A stretch of DNA of 14,719 nt, from the NCBI GenBank assembly GCA_041752695.1, contig JBGSVZ010000087.1:1-14719 (forward strand), written 5' to 3'. Below are positions 1-8,199 of this stretch, piece after piece. The stretch is from Terrimicrobiaceae bacterium (GTDB taxonomy: Bacteria; Verrucomicrobiota; Verrucomicrobiia; Chthoniobacterales; Terrimicrobiaceae). Within the stretch, counting starts at the first letter, position 1; each line of letters begins with the position of its first letter. The position numbers and the translations under genes were made by a program. The notes below the pieces were generated by a model. The model was not told the DNA's origin. It made no database searches and was given only the letters and a program-made list of their open reading frames with translations.

Positions 1-969
1 CGCGCTGCTCTGCGCCACGGGCTCGACCGGCAGCCGCCGCGTGCGGGTGCGGGGATTGTACCGGCTGATGCGCGCCAGCCCCGTATCCACCACGGCGCGG
101 ATGCGCGGAATGGTCAGGGAGGTCTCCGCGATATTGGTCGCCACAATCACCCGACGTTTCCGTCCCGGAGCAAAAATCCGCTGCTGCTCCGCCGCGGGCA
201 TGCGCCCGAACAAACCCACAATGTCAAACCCCGTGCCCAGCCTCTCTTCCAGCAGGTCGCGCGTCTCGCGAATGTCGCGTTCCGTGGGCATGAAGACCAG
301 CACGTCGCCGTCATCCGTCTCAATCAGCAGCTCCTCCGTGGCATTCACCGCCTCCTTGATCACGTCTTCCTCGTCCTCGCCCGCCGCCCGGTAGCGGACC
401 TCGACCGGATGTAACCGCCCCGAGACCTCCACAATCGGTGCGCCCCCAAAGGCCTGGGAAAACACTTCCGTGTCAATCGTGGCCGAGGTGATCACCACCT
501 TCAAGTCGGGCCGCCTGGGCAGGAGCTGCTGCAAATACCCCAAGAGAAAATCAATGTTCAACGAGCGCTCATGCGCCTCGTCCAGAATGATCGTCGAGTA
601 GCGCCGGAGGAGCGGATCCGAGGGAATCTCCGCCAGCAAAATGCCATCGGTCATGAACTTGATCCGCGTGTCGCGCGCCGTGTCATCTTTAAACCGGATC
701 TTGCACCCCACCTCGCGTCCCCAAACCACTCCCAATTCCTCAGCCACCCGCCGCGACACGCTCAACGCCGCCACCCGCCGCGGCTGGGTGCAGCCGATCT
801 GTCCACGTTCCTCCGGCCGCGCCTCCAGGCACATCTTCGGCAACTGCGTCGTTTTCCCCGACCCCGTTTCCCCCGCCACGATCACCACCGGATGAGCGCG
901 CAAAACCGCCAGGATATCCTCGCGCCGCGCGCTGACGGGCAGATCTTCGGGATAGCGGAAGGTGAACAT
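1..969 (-). CDS. hrpA: ATP-dependent DEAH-box RNA helicase HrpA, N-terminal part (runs off the window start)
   Basis: Missing from the ORF track because it has no stop in the window. Minus-strand translation from ATG 969 gives [20 protein letters not shown]...[22 protein letters not shown] (Walker A), [20 protein letters not shown] (DEAH box) and VVITSATID (motif III), all typical of HrpA. Confidence 0.95.
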   Translation of the reverse strand, partial: MFTFRYPEDLPVSARREDILAVLRAHPVVIVAGETGSGKTTQLPKMCLEARPEERGQIGCTQPRRVAALSVSRRVAEELGVVWGREVGCKIRFKDDTARDTRIKFMTDGILLAEIPSDPLLRRYSTIILDEAHERSLNIDFLLGYLQQLLPRRPDLKVVITSATIDTEVFSQAFGGAPIVEVSGRLHPVEVRYRAAGEDEEDVIKEAVNATEELLIETDDGDVLVFMPTERDIRETRDLLEERLGTGFDIVGLFGRMPAAEQQRIFAPGRKRRVIVATNIAETSLTIPRIRAVVDTGLARISRYNPRTRTRRLPVEPVAQSSA

Positions 970-1107
970 GGCGGGCACGGAATAAACCACGCCCCACCCG
1001 CAATCTCCAACCGGAAACATCAGCCGCTAACTCCCAACCGAGCGAGACGGACAATCTCTCTGCGCGGAAATCGAGTGGACGTCGCGGGACGGAGCGGGGG
1101 TTCCCGA

Positions 1108-1524
1108 CTACTCCGTGCTCTTGGCCGCGAGCGTCTGCACCAACCCACTTTGGTCCCAGCAATCCCATCCTTCGATGATCTTGCCATTCTGAAACACAAG
1201 ATACGTCATTCCCGTGAACGCCACGAGTTCCCGGGTGGCGGGCAGTGGACCGAACGCCCCCATCTGTGTCCCTCGCACCTCCCAATGCACACACGCCTCA
1301 GACTCACCGCCCACCGCATGCAGGATGCGCAGGGAGAGGTCCGGGAAAGCCGTCATAAACTGTTCGTGCATGCGCGCAAAATCCGCCGACCCGGACATGA
1401 TCTGGCCGCCCTCGGGATGGCCGACCGCCGTTTCGCTCATTAACTCGAAGATCGCCTCCCTCGAGCGCTGCTGCCAGACACGTTCAAACCACTGGACGGC
1501 CAGATCCTGCGCGGGTGCGTTCAT
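1108..1524 (-). CDS. SnoaL-like / ester cyclase family protein (NTF2 fold)
   Basis: Starts MNAPAQDLAVQWFERVW and contains FMTAFPDL, VHWEVRGTQMGAFGPLPAT...VAFTG and FQNGKIIEGWDCWD, typical of SnoaL-like cyclases. ATG 1524 is preferred over the track start at 1671, which runs into the divergent promoter region. Confidence 0.85.
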   Translation of the reverse strand: MNAPAQDLAVQWFERVWQQRSREAIFELMSETAVGHPEGGQIMSGSADFARMHEQFMTAFPDLSLRILHAVGGESEACVHWEVRGTQMGAFGPLPATRELVAFTGMTYLVFQNGKIIEGWDCWDQSGLVQTLAAKSTE

Positions 1525-1582
1525 GACCAGGGTTCTGACAGAAATCCGCCGGATTGTCAGCATCGACCTCACAGGGGAAGGA

Positions 1583-1611
1583 TTGACCTCGCCGGGCACA
1601 AACCCTACGTT
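1583..1611 (+). promoter_or_regulatory. Putative sigma70 promoter for the ABC ATPase gene
   Basis: TTGACC (1583-1588), a 17-bp spacer and TACGTT (1606-1611), about 85 nt upstream of ATG 1698. Confidence 0.55.
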
Positions 1612-1697
1612 TTTCCGCCTACCCCCAACAGTCCCCCAACCGCCCATTGGCGGACTTAAATACCCGGGCAATCCATCAATATCCCAAGAAAAAAACC

Positions 1698-2816
1698 ATG
1701 GCGAAAGTCACTCTTAAAAACGTTTTCAAAATTTACCCCGGCGACAAAGGCAAGGACGTCACCGCCGTCACCGACTTCACGCTCGACATCGACGACCGCG
1801 AGTTTGTGGTGTTCGTCGGTCCCTCGGGCTGCGGCAAATCCACCACCCTGCGCATGATCGCGGGCCTCGAAGAAATCTCCAAGGGCGATGTGTTTATCGG
1901 CGATAAGCGGGTGAACGACGTGCCACCGAAGGATCGCGACATTGCGATGGTTTTCCAGAACTACGCCCTCTATCCGCACATGAGCGTCTACGACAACATG
2001 GCGTTCGGCCTCAAGCTGCGGAAATATCCAAAAGCCGAAATCAACAAACGCGTGATGGAAGCCGCCGCGATTCTTGGCATCGAAGAATATCTCGAACGCA
2101 AACCCAAAGCGCTCTCCGGCGGCCAGCGTCAGCGTGTGGCGGTGGGCCGCGCCATTGTGCGTCAGCCCAAGGTGTTTCTCTTCGACGAACCCCTCTCCAA
2201 CCTCGACGCCAAGATGCGGGTCCAGATGCGCACGGAGATCACCAAACTTCACCAGCGCCTCCAGGCCACGATGATTTACGTGACGCACGACCAGATCGAG
2301 GCCATGACGATGGGCACACGTATTGTGGTGATGAAAGATGGATTTATTCAGCAGGTGGATACGCCTCTGAAGGTTTACGGGGAGCCGGTGAATCTTTTCG
2401 TGGCCGGATTCCTGGGCAGCCCTCCGATGAACATGGTCAAGGGCACTCTCACGGGCAAGGAAGGCTCGATCCTCTTTAAGGAAATGGGCAGCGGGGTTGT
2501 CCAGTTGAACCTTGGGAACCGCAAGGCCGCCGCGCCCTTCATCGGGAAGGAAGTGACCCTGGGCGTGCGTCCGGAAGATTGCGACATGGTGCCTCCCGGC
2601 AAGGCACCCTCGGATAATTCGTTCCAGGCCGTGGTCGATATCGTCGAACCCATGGGGGCGGAAACGTATTTTTACCTCCAGACCGGCGAACACACCATGA
2701 TCAGCCGGAGCCACGCCACGGTGGATCAACGCGAGGCCGGGCACCGCCTGCAATTCGAAATCAAGGTCGACAAGGCCCACCTCTTCGATCCGGTGACAAC
2801 ACATCGCATCGTGTGA
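1698..2816 (+). CDS. ugpC: Carbohydrate ABC transporter ATP-binding protein, MalK/UgpC/MsmX family (symbol is family-level, substrate unknown)
   Basis: Walker A GPSGCGKST, IAMVFQNYALYPHM, signature LSGGQRQRVA, Walker B FLFDEPLSNLDAK, YVTHDQIEAM, FLGSPPMN and a C-terminal GVRPED/TOBE-like region. Start is ATG 1698 (MAKVTL). Confidence 0.93.
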   Translation: MAKVTLKNVFKIYPGDKGKDVTAVTDFTLDIDDREFVVFVGPSGCGKSTTLRMIAGLEEISKGDVFIGDKRVNDVPPKDRDIAMVFQNYALYPHMSVYDNMAFGLKLRKYPKAEINKRVMEAAAILGIEEYLERKPKALSGGQRQRVAVGRAIVRQPKVFLFDEPLSNLDAKMRVQMRTEITKLHQRLQATMIYVTHDQIEAMTMGTRIVVMKDGFIQQVDTPLKVYGEPVNLFVAGFLGSPPMNMVKGTLTGKEGSILFKEMGSGVVQLNLGNRKAAAPFIGKEVTLGVRPEDCDMVPPGKAPSDNSFQAVVDIVEPMGAETYFYLQTGEHTMISRSHATVDQREAGHRLQFEIKVDKAHLFDPVTTHRIV

Positions 2817-3118
2817 GAAAGCTCCCGGCTGTCGTGATCGCCTGGACCCGCGCCATCGCGGGCAGCCAGGCTTCCCGTCGCCGGGCCCTCTTCCACCTCA
2901 CCCTTGTCGCCTGCGCCGCGGTGTTCTGCGGCGCGGCGATTTTCGGGCGTTTCCTGGAAAACCATCCCTGGCTCTTTGTGGTTTACTGGCTGGGAGTCGC
3001 CTGGCTCACCCTGACCATCGTTCTTCTCGCGGTCTACGACGCCCTGGCTGTCCTCGCCGAAGGACGCCGCGCCCGACGCGAACTCGAACGCCGGATGGCG
3101 GAAGAGACACGGGAGTAG
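2813..3118 (+). CDS. Small hypothetical membrane protein (about 2 TM helices)
   Basis: GTG start overlaps the ATPase TGA stop (GTGA). Two hydrophobic segments are followed by a charged C-terminal helix (EGRRARRELERR). Confidence 0.65.
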   Translation: MRKLPAVVIAWTRAIAGSQASRRRALFHLTLVACAAVFCGAAIFGRFLENHPWLFVVYWLGVAWLTLTIVLLAVYDALAVLAEGRRARRELERRMAEETRE

Positions 3119-3229
3119 CGGAAGGCCGAAGCCGGGCACACGGGAGAGGACAGCGAGATCTCCGCGAGAAAAATCGAAATTCCTCCGACTTGCCGGAGCG
3201 GAAAAACCCTGTTTTTCTTGAAGGATCCC

Positions 3230-3520
3230 ATGAGCAGCAGTCCCGATCTTAATGTCCGCCACGTCGCCCGCCTGGCGCGCCTCGCCCTCACCGACGAGGA
3301 AATCACCACTTTTGAGGGCCAGCTTGGCCGCGTGCTCGAACACATCGAGCATTTGAAAAAACTCGACGTCACCGGAGTCGAGCCCACCGCACACACGTCG
3401 GCGGTCTTTAATGTGACGCGGGAGGATGTTCCCGGCACCAGCCTGACCCGCGCCGCCGCGCTCGGCATAGCTCCCCGATCCGCCAACAATCTCGTCATCG
3501 TTCCCAAAGTCGTCGAATAG
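3230..3520 (+). CDS. gatC: Asp-tRNA(Asn)/Glu-tRNA(Gln) amidotransferase subunit C
   Basis: VRHVARLARLAL...QLGRVLEHIEHLKKLDVTGVEPT...NVTRED...VPKVVE. About 96 aa, directly upstream of gatA. Confidence 0.95.
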   Translation: MSSSPDLNVRHVARLARLALTDEEITTFEGQLGRVLEHIEHLKKLDVTGVEPTAHTSAVFNVTREDVPGTSLTRAAALGIAPRSANNLVIVPKVVE

Positions 3521-3618
3521 CCATTTCACCACGGATCTCACCGATGAACACGGCTCAGAAGGTCGGAAATACTCCCGGCTTTTTGCGTGATTTGTAAAAG
3601 ATCCCATCTCCTTTTTTC

Positions 3619-5067
3619 ATGGACCTCGCCAAACTCACCATCTCCCAAATCCAAGACGGCTTCCGCGCCAAGACGTTCACGCCCTCCGACCTCCTGCGCA
3701 CCCTGGAGCTGCGCATCAACGCGGCCGAACCGACGGTGCAGGCCTTCCTCTCGCGGGATTTCCCGGAGGCGCTCAAGCTCGCCGAGCGCGCCGATGTCTC
3801 CCTTCCCTTGGGCGGCATTCCCATCGGCATCAAGGACGTCATTAATGTGAAAGGCCAGCCCTGCACGGCGGCGTCCCAGATTCTTCGCGGCTACACAGCG
3901 CCCTACGACGCCACCGTCATCACCAAACTTCTGGCCGCGGGGGCTATCCCGTATGGACGCCTGAACATGGACGAATTTGCCATGGGATCCTCGACGGAAA
4001 ATTCCTCGTATCAGGTGACCAAAAACCCCTGGGACGCCACGCGCATCCCGGGTGGATCCAGTGGCGGTTCAGCCGCCGCAGTGGCAGCCTGCGAGGTGCC
4101 GGCGTCGCTGGGTTCGGACACCGGCGGTTCCATTCGTCAGCCGGCGGCACTCTGCGGCTGCGTCGGCCTCAAGCCCAGCTACGGACGGGTCTCGCGGTAT
4201 GGTCTCGTGGCTTTTGCCTCGTCGCTTGACCAGATCGGACCGTTCGCCCGCACGACCCGCGATTGCGCGCTGCTCCTCAACGCCATCTCCGGCCGGGACG
4301 CGATGGACTCCACGTCTCTTGATCTGCCCGCGGAGGATTTTACGGCGGGCCTGGGCCGTGACCTCAAGGGGGTGCGACTGGGCATCCCGAAGGAATATTT
4401 TGTCGATGGCATGAACCCCAAGGTCCGTGCCACGGTGGAAACAGCCATCAAACAGTGCGAAGCAGCTGGCGCGGAGTTGGTGGAAATTTCCCTGCCTCAC
4501 ACCGAGTATGCGGTTTCGGTCTATTACATCATCGCTACTGCCGAAGCCTCGGCGAACCTCGCCCGTTTCGACGGCGTGCGCTACGGCAAACGCGCCGAGG
4601 CTCCCAAGGACCTGATGGACCTTTACCTGCGCACCCGTGAAGAAGGATTCGGCAGTGAGGTGAAACGCCGCATCATTCTCGGCACCTACGTGCTGTCCAG
4701 CGGCTACTACGACGCCTACTACCTCCGCGCACAGAAAGTCCGCACGCTCATCCGTCGCGACTTCGAAGCCGCTTACGAAAAAGTGGACGCCATCGTTTGC
4801 CCGACCTCGCCCGATGTTGCCTTCCCCATCGGGGAACGGACCAATGATCCCCTGAAAATGTACCTCGCCGACATCTTCACCATCGCGGCAAATCTCGCGG
4901 GCATCTGCGGGCTCAGCGTGCCGTGTGGTTTTGTGGAGGAGGGAGGCGTCAAACTTCCTGTTGGCCTGCAATTCCTCGGGAAGGCGTTCGACGAAACCCG
5001 CCTTTTGGGGATCGCGGACGCCTACGAAACGGTCTCCGGCTGGACCAAAGAAACCGCCCCTCTTTAG
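3619..5067 (+). CDS. gatA: Asp-tRNA(Asn)/Glu-tRNA(Gln) amidotransferase subunit A
   Basis: Amidase signature GIPIGIKD, NMDEFAMGSSTENS, PGGSSGGSAAAVA, LGSDTGGSIRQPA, plus GatA-specific ARFDGVRYG and EVKRRIILGTYVLSSGYYDAYY. Confidence 0.97.
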   Translation: MDLAKLTISQIQDGFRAKTFTPSDLLRTLELRINAAEPTVQAFLSRDFPEALKLAERADVSLPLGGIPIGIKDVINVKGQPCTAASQILRGYTAPYDATVITKLLAAGAIPYGRLNMDEFAMGSSTENSSYQVTKNPWDATRIPGGSSGGSAAAVAACEVPASLGSDTGGSIRQPAALCGCVGLKPSYGRVSRYGLVAFASSLDQIGPFARTTRDCALLLNAISGRDAMDSTSLDLPAEDFTAGLGRDLKGVRLGIPKEYFVDGMNPKVRATVETAIKQCEAAGAELVEISLPHTEYAVSVYYIIATAEASANLARFDGVRYGKRAEAPKDLMDLYLRTREEGFGSEVKRRIILGTYVLSSGYYDAYYLRAQKVRTLIRRDFEAAYEKVDAIVCPTSPDVAFPIGERTNDPLKMYLADIFTIAANLAGICGLSVPCGFVEEGGVKLPVGLQFLGKAFDETRLLGIADAYETVSGWTKETAPL

Positions 5068-5078
5068 AGAGCGGGCGG
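5047..5078 (-). terminator. Putative intrinsic terminator for the minus-strand phosphatase-like gene, overlapping the gatA stop
   Basis: The minus strand reads CCGCCC-G-CTCT-CTAA-AGAG-GGGCGG-TTTCTTT: a 10-bp GC-rich stem with one bulge followed by a U-rich tract, between convergent genes. Confidence 0.5.
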
Positions 5079-5097
5079 GAACGCCTTAAGCGGCGAG

Positions 5098-5748
5098 TTA
5101 TTTTTTCCCCGGCGGGGGGAGTTTCGCCTTGCGGGGATCGGGGAGCGGTTTCCCGAAACGAATCCAGGCAAACACGCGCCGAAGGAAACCCTTGACCGTC
5201 GCTTCCTCGGCCTGGGCCTCGCGCAACCGGACGATGGTGGGGTCCTCGTATCCAGCGAGTTTAAACATCTCGCTCCGGTGCGTCTCGGCCAGTTTGTACA
5301 ACTCGCCCTTGGTGGAAAGCAGCCCGTCGGCCAGCCGCAGGATCCGCCGGTTCGGCAACATCTCGGGGCAAACCTTTTGTACGATGGAAAAAGCCGTTTC
5401 CGGTTCGTATCCGGAGGCCGTCAGAATGGTGATGGCTGCGGCCGTCGAGCGGCTGATGCCAGCTTCACAGTTGGCCAGAAGGCCCCAATCGTCCAGTTCA
5501 CTGAGCGTGCGACCGAAGCTGATGAGTTCGTGGATGTCGCGCTCCTCAGGCGCGACGTAACGCACAAAACGCGGCAGGTGAATTTCAATGTCGTCAAGAT
5601 CGCTGAAAGTCAGCTGGAGACGGTGTTTGGCCTGACGCGGCTGCTGCGCCGGCTCTTTCTCACCAGGGTCAATCAAGGTCACGAAATGCGTGACGGGAGC
5701 GTCAAGATAGTTCTTCACCGAGGTTCGCCCACAGACCATCAAGCGCAT
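5098..5748 (-). CDS. Protein-tyrosine/dual-specificity phosphatase-like protein (CX5R superfamily)
   Basis: P-loop NCEAGISRSTAAA (C-x5-R-S), an upstream LTFSDLDD acid loop, N-terminal THFVTLIDP and downstream PNRRILRLADGLL, a pattern typical of predicted bacterial PTP-like proteins. Confidence 0.8.
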   Translation of the reverse strand: MRLMVCGRTSVKNYLDAPVTHFVTLIDPGEKEPAQQPRQAKHRLQLTFSDLDDIEIHLPRFVRYVAPEERDIHELISFGRTLSELDDWGLLANCEAGISRSTAAAITILTASGYEPETAFSIVQKVCPEMLPNRRILRLADGLLSTKGELYKLAETHRSEMFKLAGYEDPTIVRLREAQAEEATVKGFLRRVFAWIRFGKPLPDPRKAKLPPPGKK

Positions 5749-5922
5749 TGCTATTTTTTAGCCTTTTTCCCTGAATTCTGACAATGGAAATCTTATGGCC
5801 CGGCAAGGTTTCTCCCGATCAGGGAAGAGGTGGGGCCTGAGAGGGGGAAACCGGCATTTTTCCGCGACGGACGGACTCCTTCCGCCCCCGAAGCGAACCG
5901 GGAGAGAGCTCTTCGCGTGGCC

Positions 5923-6369
5923 CTACTGCGGGGCCCGTTCGGTAAACGGTTTTTCCCGCTCGCCCATCACGAACATGACCAGCTTCACCGGCTCCGTTCC
6001 GAGGTTTTTGCCGTTGTGCATCACATTCACGCTCTCAGCCATGGCCTGGCCGGCCGTCAGTTCGTGAACTTTGCCACCTTCCATTTCCACCGTAAGGAAG
6101 CCGGAAAGGACGTACGCGAAGCAGGGATAAGGGTGTTTGTGCCATCCGGTCTGCGCACCGGGCGGGATCTCCACCAGCACTGCCGTGACCTGGGGTTGCT
6201 CGGTTTTGGGATAGGCCAGGGGCTGGCCCGCCGCATCCATCGTCGTCCGCAGGAGCGGCGCGATCTGGATCTCCTGGCGATATCCCTCGGACGCGCTCGG
6301 TTCCTTGGCAAAAACCGGGACGAGGGTGATGCTGAAAAACAGTGCGAACCCGATGAAGAGTTTATTCAT
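5923..6369 (-). CDS. Exported cupin-domain protein
   Basis: Signal-peptide-like N-terminus (MNKLFIGFALFFSITLVPVFA). Cupin motifs VEIPPGAQTGWHKHP...YVLSGFLTV and AGQAMAESVNVMHNGKN. Confidence 0.88.
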   Translation of the reverse strand: MNKLFIGFALFFSITLVPVFAKEPSASEGYRQEIQIAPLLRTTMDAAGQPLAYPKTEQPQVTAVLVEIPPGAQTGWHKHPYPCFAYVLSGFLTVEMEGGKVHELTAGQAMAESVNVMHNGKNLGTEPVKLVMFVMGEREKPFTERAPQ

Positions 6370-6652
6370 AATTTTTAAGGCGCCGGTCGATAAGGAACGG
6401 ACCGAAGGGAATCAGGGCCGCCAGGAAAACCATCCCCGCCCGCACGAGGGGCCAGCCTTTTTCCAGGGTCACCCGGAGCAGCACGTAACACAGTGCCACG
6501 AACAGAATTCCATGCGCCCACCCGAGAACCTTCACGGCCATCGGCAGGCCAGCCAAATATTTCAGCGGCATGGCAATGCCCAGCAGAAGCAGAAAGGAAA
6601 CGCCTTCCGTCAGCGCCAGCAATCGGAGGGTGTGGACGGAGACAAGACTCAT
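6362..6652 (-). CDS. DUF3817-like small membrane protein
   Basis: LALTEGVSFLLLLGIAMPLKY...GWAHGILFVA...AALIPFGPFLIDRRL matches my recollection of DUF3817. Overlaps the cupin start by 8 nt. Confidence 0.8.
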   Translation of the reverse strand: MSLVSVHTLRLLALTEGVSFLLLLGIAMPLKYLAGLPMAVKVLGWAHGILFVALCYVLLRVTLEKGWPLVRAGMVFLAALIPFGPFLIDRRLKNYE

Positions 6653-6672
6653 TCGCGCATCTCCCGTGCCGC

Positions 6673-7077
6673 CTAGGCTTCGAGGGTCACCTGCTCGAAA
6701 TCCAGTCCGCTCTTCTCGGCAAACGTCCGAAATTCCTCCTGGTGGTTGGCCAGCACCGACCGCAACACCATCGAATCATCCGTGAGTCCCTTGCCGGGCA
6801 CGCTGTCGGGAATGATATCCACATCTTTCAGCAAGTACCCCAGAGCGAACACCGTTTCCGCGATTGCGGTGAGGTCGGAGCAGGCATAGACACCCTCCAA
6901 AACGTCCTCGGCATAACGGACCAGAAAAAGCGTCTGTTCCCTGAAGTGTGGCAATCCCGTGGTGTCGGATGTCTCCGCCTTCACCTTGAGAAGGGGAAGC
7001 TCCCGCTTGCAGGCGTCCATCTGACCCGCCGTAACCGTCTGTCCGCCCCGCATAACAAATTCGTGAATACTGTTCAT
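6673..7077 (-). CDS. YkvA/DUF1232-like protein
   Basis: FALGYLLKDVDIIPDSVPGKGLTDDSMVL matches the YkvA motif (ALxYxxxPxDxIPDxxPxxGxxDD). Start taken at MNSIHEF (ATG 7077). Confidence 0.75.
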   Translation of the reverse strand: MNSIHEFVMRGGQTVTAGQMDACKRELPLLKVKAETSDTTGLPHFREQTLFLVRYAEDVLEGVYACSDLTAIAETVFALGYLLKDVDIIPDSVPGKGLTDDSMVLRSVLANHQEEFRTFAEKSGLDFEQVTLEA

Positions 7078-7168
7078 CGCGGGTCCGTTGTTAGTTCGTG
7101 AATTCCTGCAAGACAAGCCCCACCGTTCCCGCTGGCAACTTAGCCCGCCCCGTGCCATGCTTCCTTTT

Positions 7169-7936
7169 ATGAAGACGTTCGCGCGCTTGCTACCCTTGCT
7201 CGTCCTCGCGGCCGGCCTCACCGACCTCTCCGCCGCACCCATCGTGCGCGACCCCGGTGCCATTTATCTCTCAGATTTCGGACAGAAACCCCTGCCATTA
7301 AAGGTCCTGCGACCGGCTCCCTGTTTTTTCGACATCGCGATGACCCGATACGCCGGCACGCTGAGGTTTCCCCAGGTGGTAAAAGTCGAGGCCATGGCGG
7401 ACCAGGGCTGTCGCATCCGTGGGAATGCCCAGCAGGGAGGCGTGGCGGCCTGGGTTCCCTACAGCGAACTGGAACCCCTTCCGGACGGACTCCTGGCCAA
7501 TCTGAAAAAGAGCGAGGAACGCCGTCAGATCGTCGAAGCGCTGATTGTCAAAAATGAAGTCGCCATTGGCATGACCGTGGACGAAGTGGGTCGCAGCCTC
7601 GGCAAGCCCCAGAAAAAAACCAAACGCGCCGACAAGGACGGCACGCAGCAGGTGTGGGAATTCATCAAATACGCCCTGGTTCCCCAGACCTCCTACGCCC
7701 CGGGCTTCAGCCAGACCATCATCAAGGACCCGGGCGGAAAAAAACATCCCGGCAGCGTCGTCGTGCAGGGTCAGAGCGGCTATTACGCGAACACAATCTA
7801 CGTCAAGGTCCCCGTGGGCACGCTCACCGTGACATTCAAGGACGAAATCGTGGAGGCGCTTGATCAGTCCGAAGGAACATTGGTGGGAGCGGGACAAGTT
7901 TCGATTGTCACGCCGCCCATCAATGTATATTGGTAG
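7169..7936 (+). CDS. Secreted hypothetical protein (possible SH3-like region plus SmpA/BamE-like segment)
   Basis: Signal peptide MKTFARLLPLLVLAAGLTDLSA and the motif VAIGMTVDEVGRSLGKP...QVWEF. The start could alternatively be 7157. Confidence 0.7.
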   Translation: MKTFARLLPLLVLAAGLTDLSAAPIVRDPGAIYLSDFGQKPLPLKVLRPAPCFFDIAMTRYAGTLRFPQVVKVEAMADQGCRIRGNAQQGGVAAWVPYSELEPLPDGLLANLKKSEERRQIVEALIVKNEVAIGMTVDEVGRSLGKPQKKTKRADKDGTQQVWEFIKYALVPQTSYAPGFSQTIIKDPGGKKHPGSVVVQGQSGYYANTIYVKVPVGTLTVTFKDEIVEALDQSEGTLVGAGQVSIVTPPINVYW

Positions 7937-7950
7937 CCGTTCCTTTGAAC

Positions 7951-8022
7951 GGCGGGGTAGCCAAGTGGTAAGGCCGGGCTCTGCAAAAGCCCCATGCGAC
8001 GGTTCGATTCCGTCCCCCGCCT
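7951..8022 (+). tRNA. trnC: tRNA-Cys (anticodon GCA), CCA not encoded
   Basis: Cloverleaf: acceptor GGCGGGG/CCCCGCC; D arm GCC-AAGTGGTAA-GGC; anticodon arm GGGCT-CTGCAAA-AGCCC with GCA at 7983-7985; T arm GACGG-TTCGATT-CCGTC; U73 discriminator characteristic of Cys. Confidence 0.97.
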
Positions 8023-8074
8023 CTTTTCCTAACCGCATGTGCGACAATGGTTTACGAGGCAGGCGGCCGAATAC

Positions 8075-8093
8075 GGACACCGCGTTGGACACC
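8075..8093 (+). repeat. Tandem direct repeat GGACACC x2 (12-bp period), candidate integrase arm-type site
   Basis: GGACACC at 8075-8081 and 8087-8093, between the tRNA 3' end and the integrase start. Confidence 0.5.
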
Positions 8094-8199
8094 AAAAATC
8101 CGACTCGTTCAGAACCCTGCGACTAAAAGGCGGTAACTCGCCCACTGCTCGCTAACAGTTCGGAAGAGGGCTCTCTATCTTCCCGGTTGCGCCAACCGT

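Noticed and set aside
41..1443. Plus-strand ORFs 41..394, 571..1443 and 641..895, and minus-strand ORF 740..1294
   Set aside because: Shadow or off-frame ORFs over hrpA and the SnoaL-like gene in GC-rich DNA, with no recognisable motifs.
1656..2804. 382-aa antisense ORF over the ABC ATPase
   Set aside because: An antisense mirror of a high-GC3 gene; the sense product has complete MalK-family motifs.
2726..4971. Long minus-strand ORFs 2726..3607, 3034..3507 and 4069..4971
   Set aside because: Antisense to the membrane gene, gatC and gatA, with no independent domain signal.
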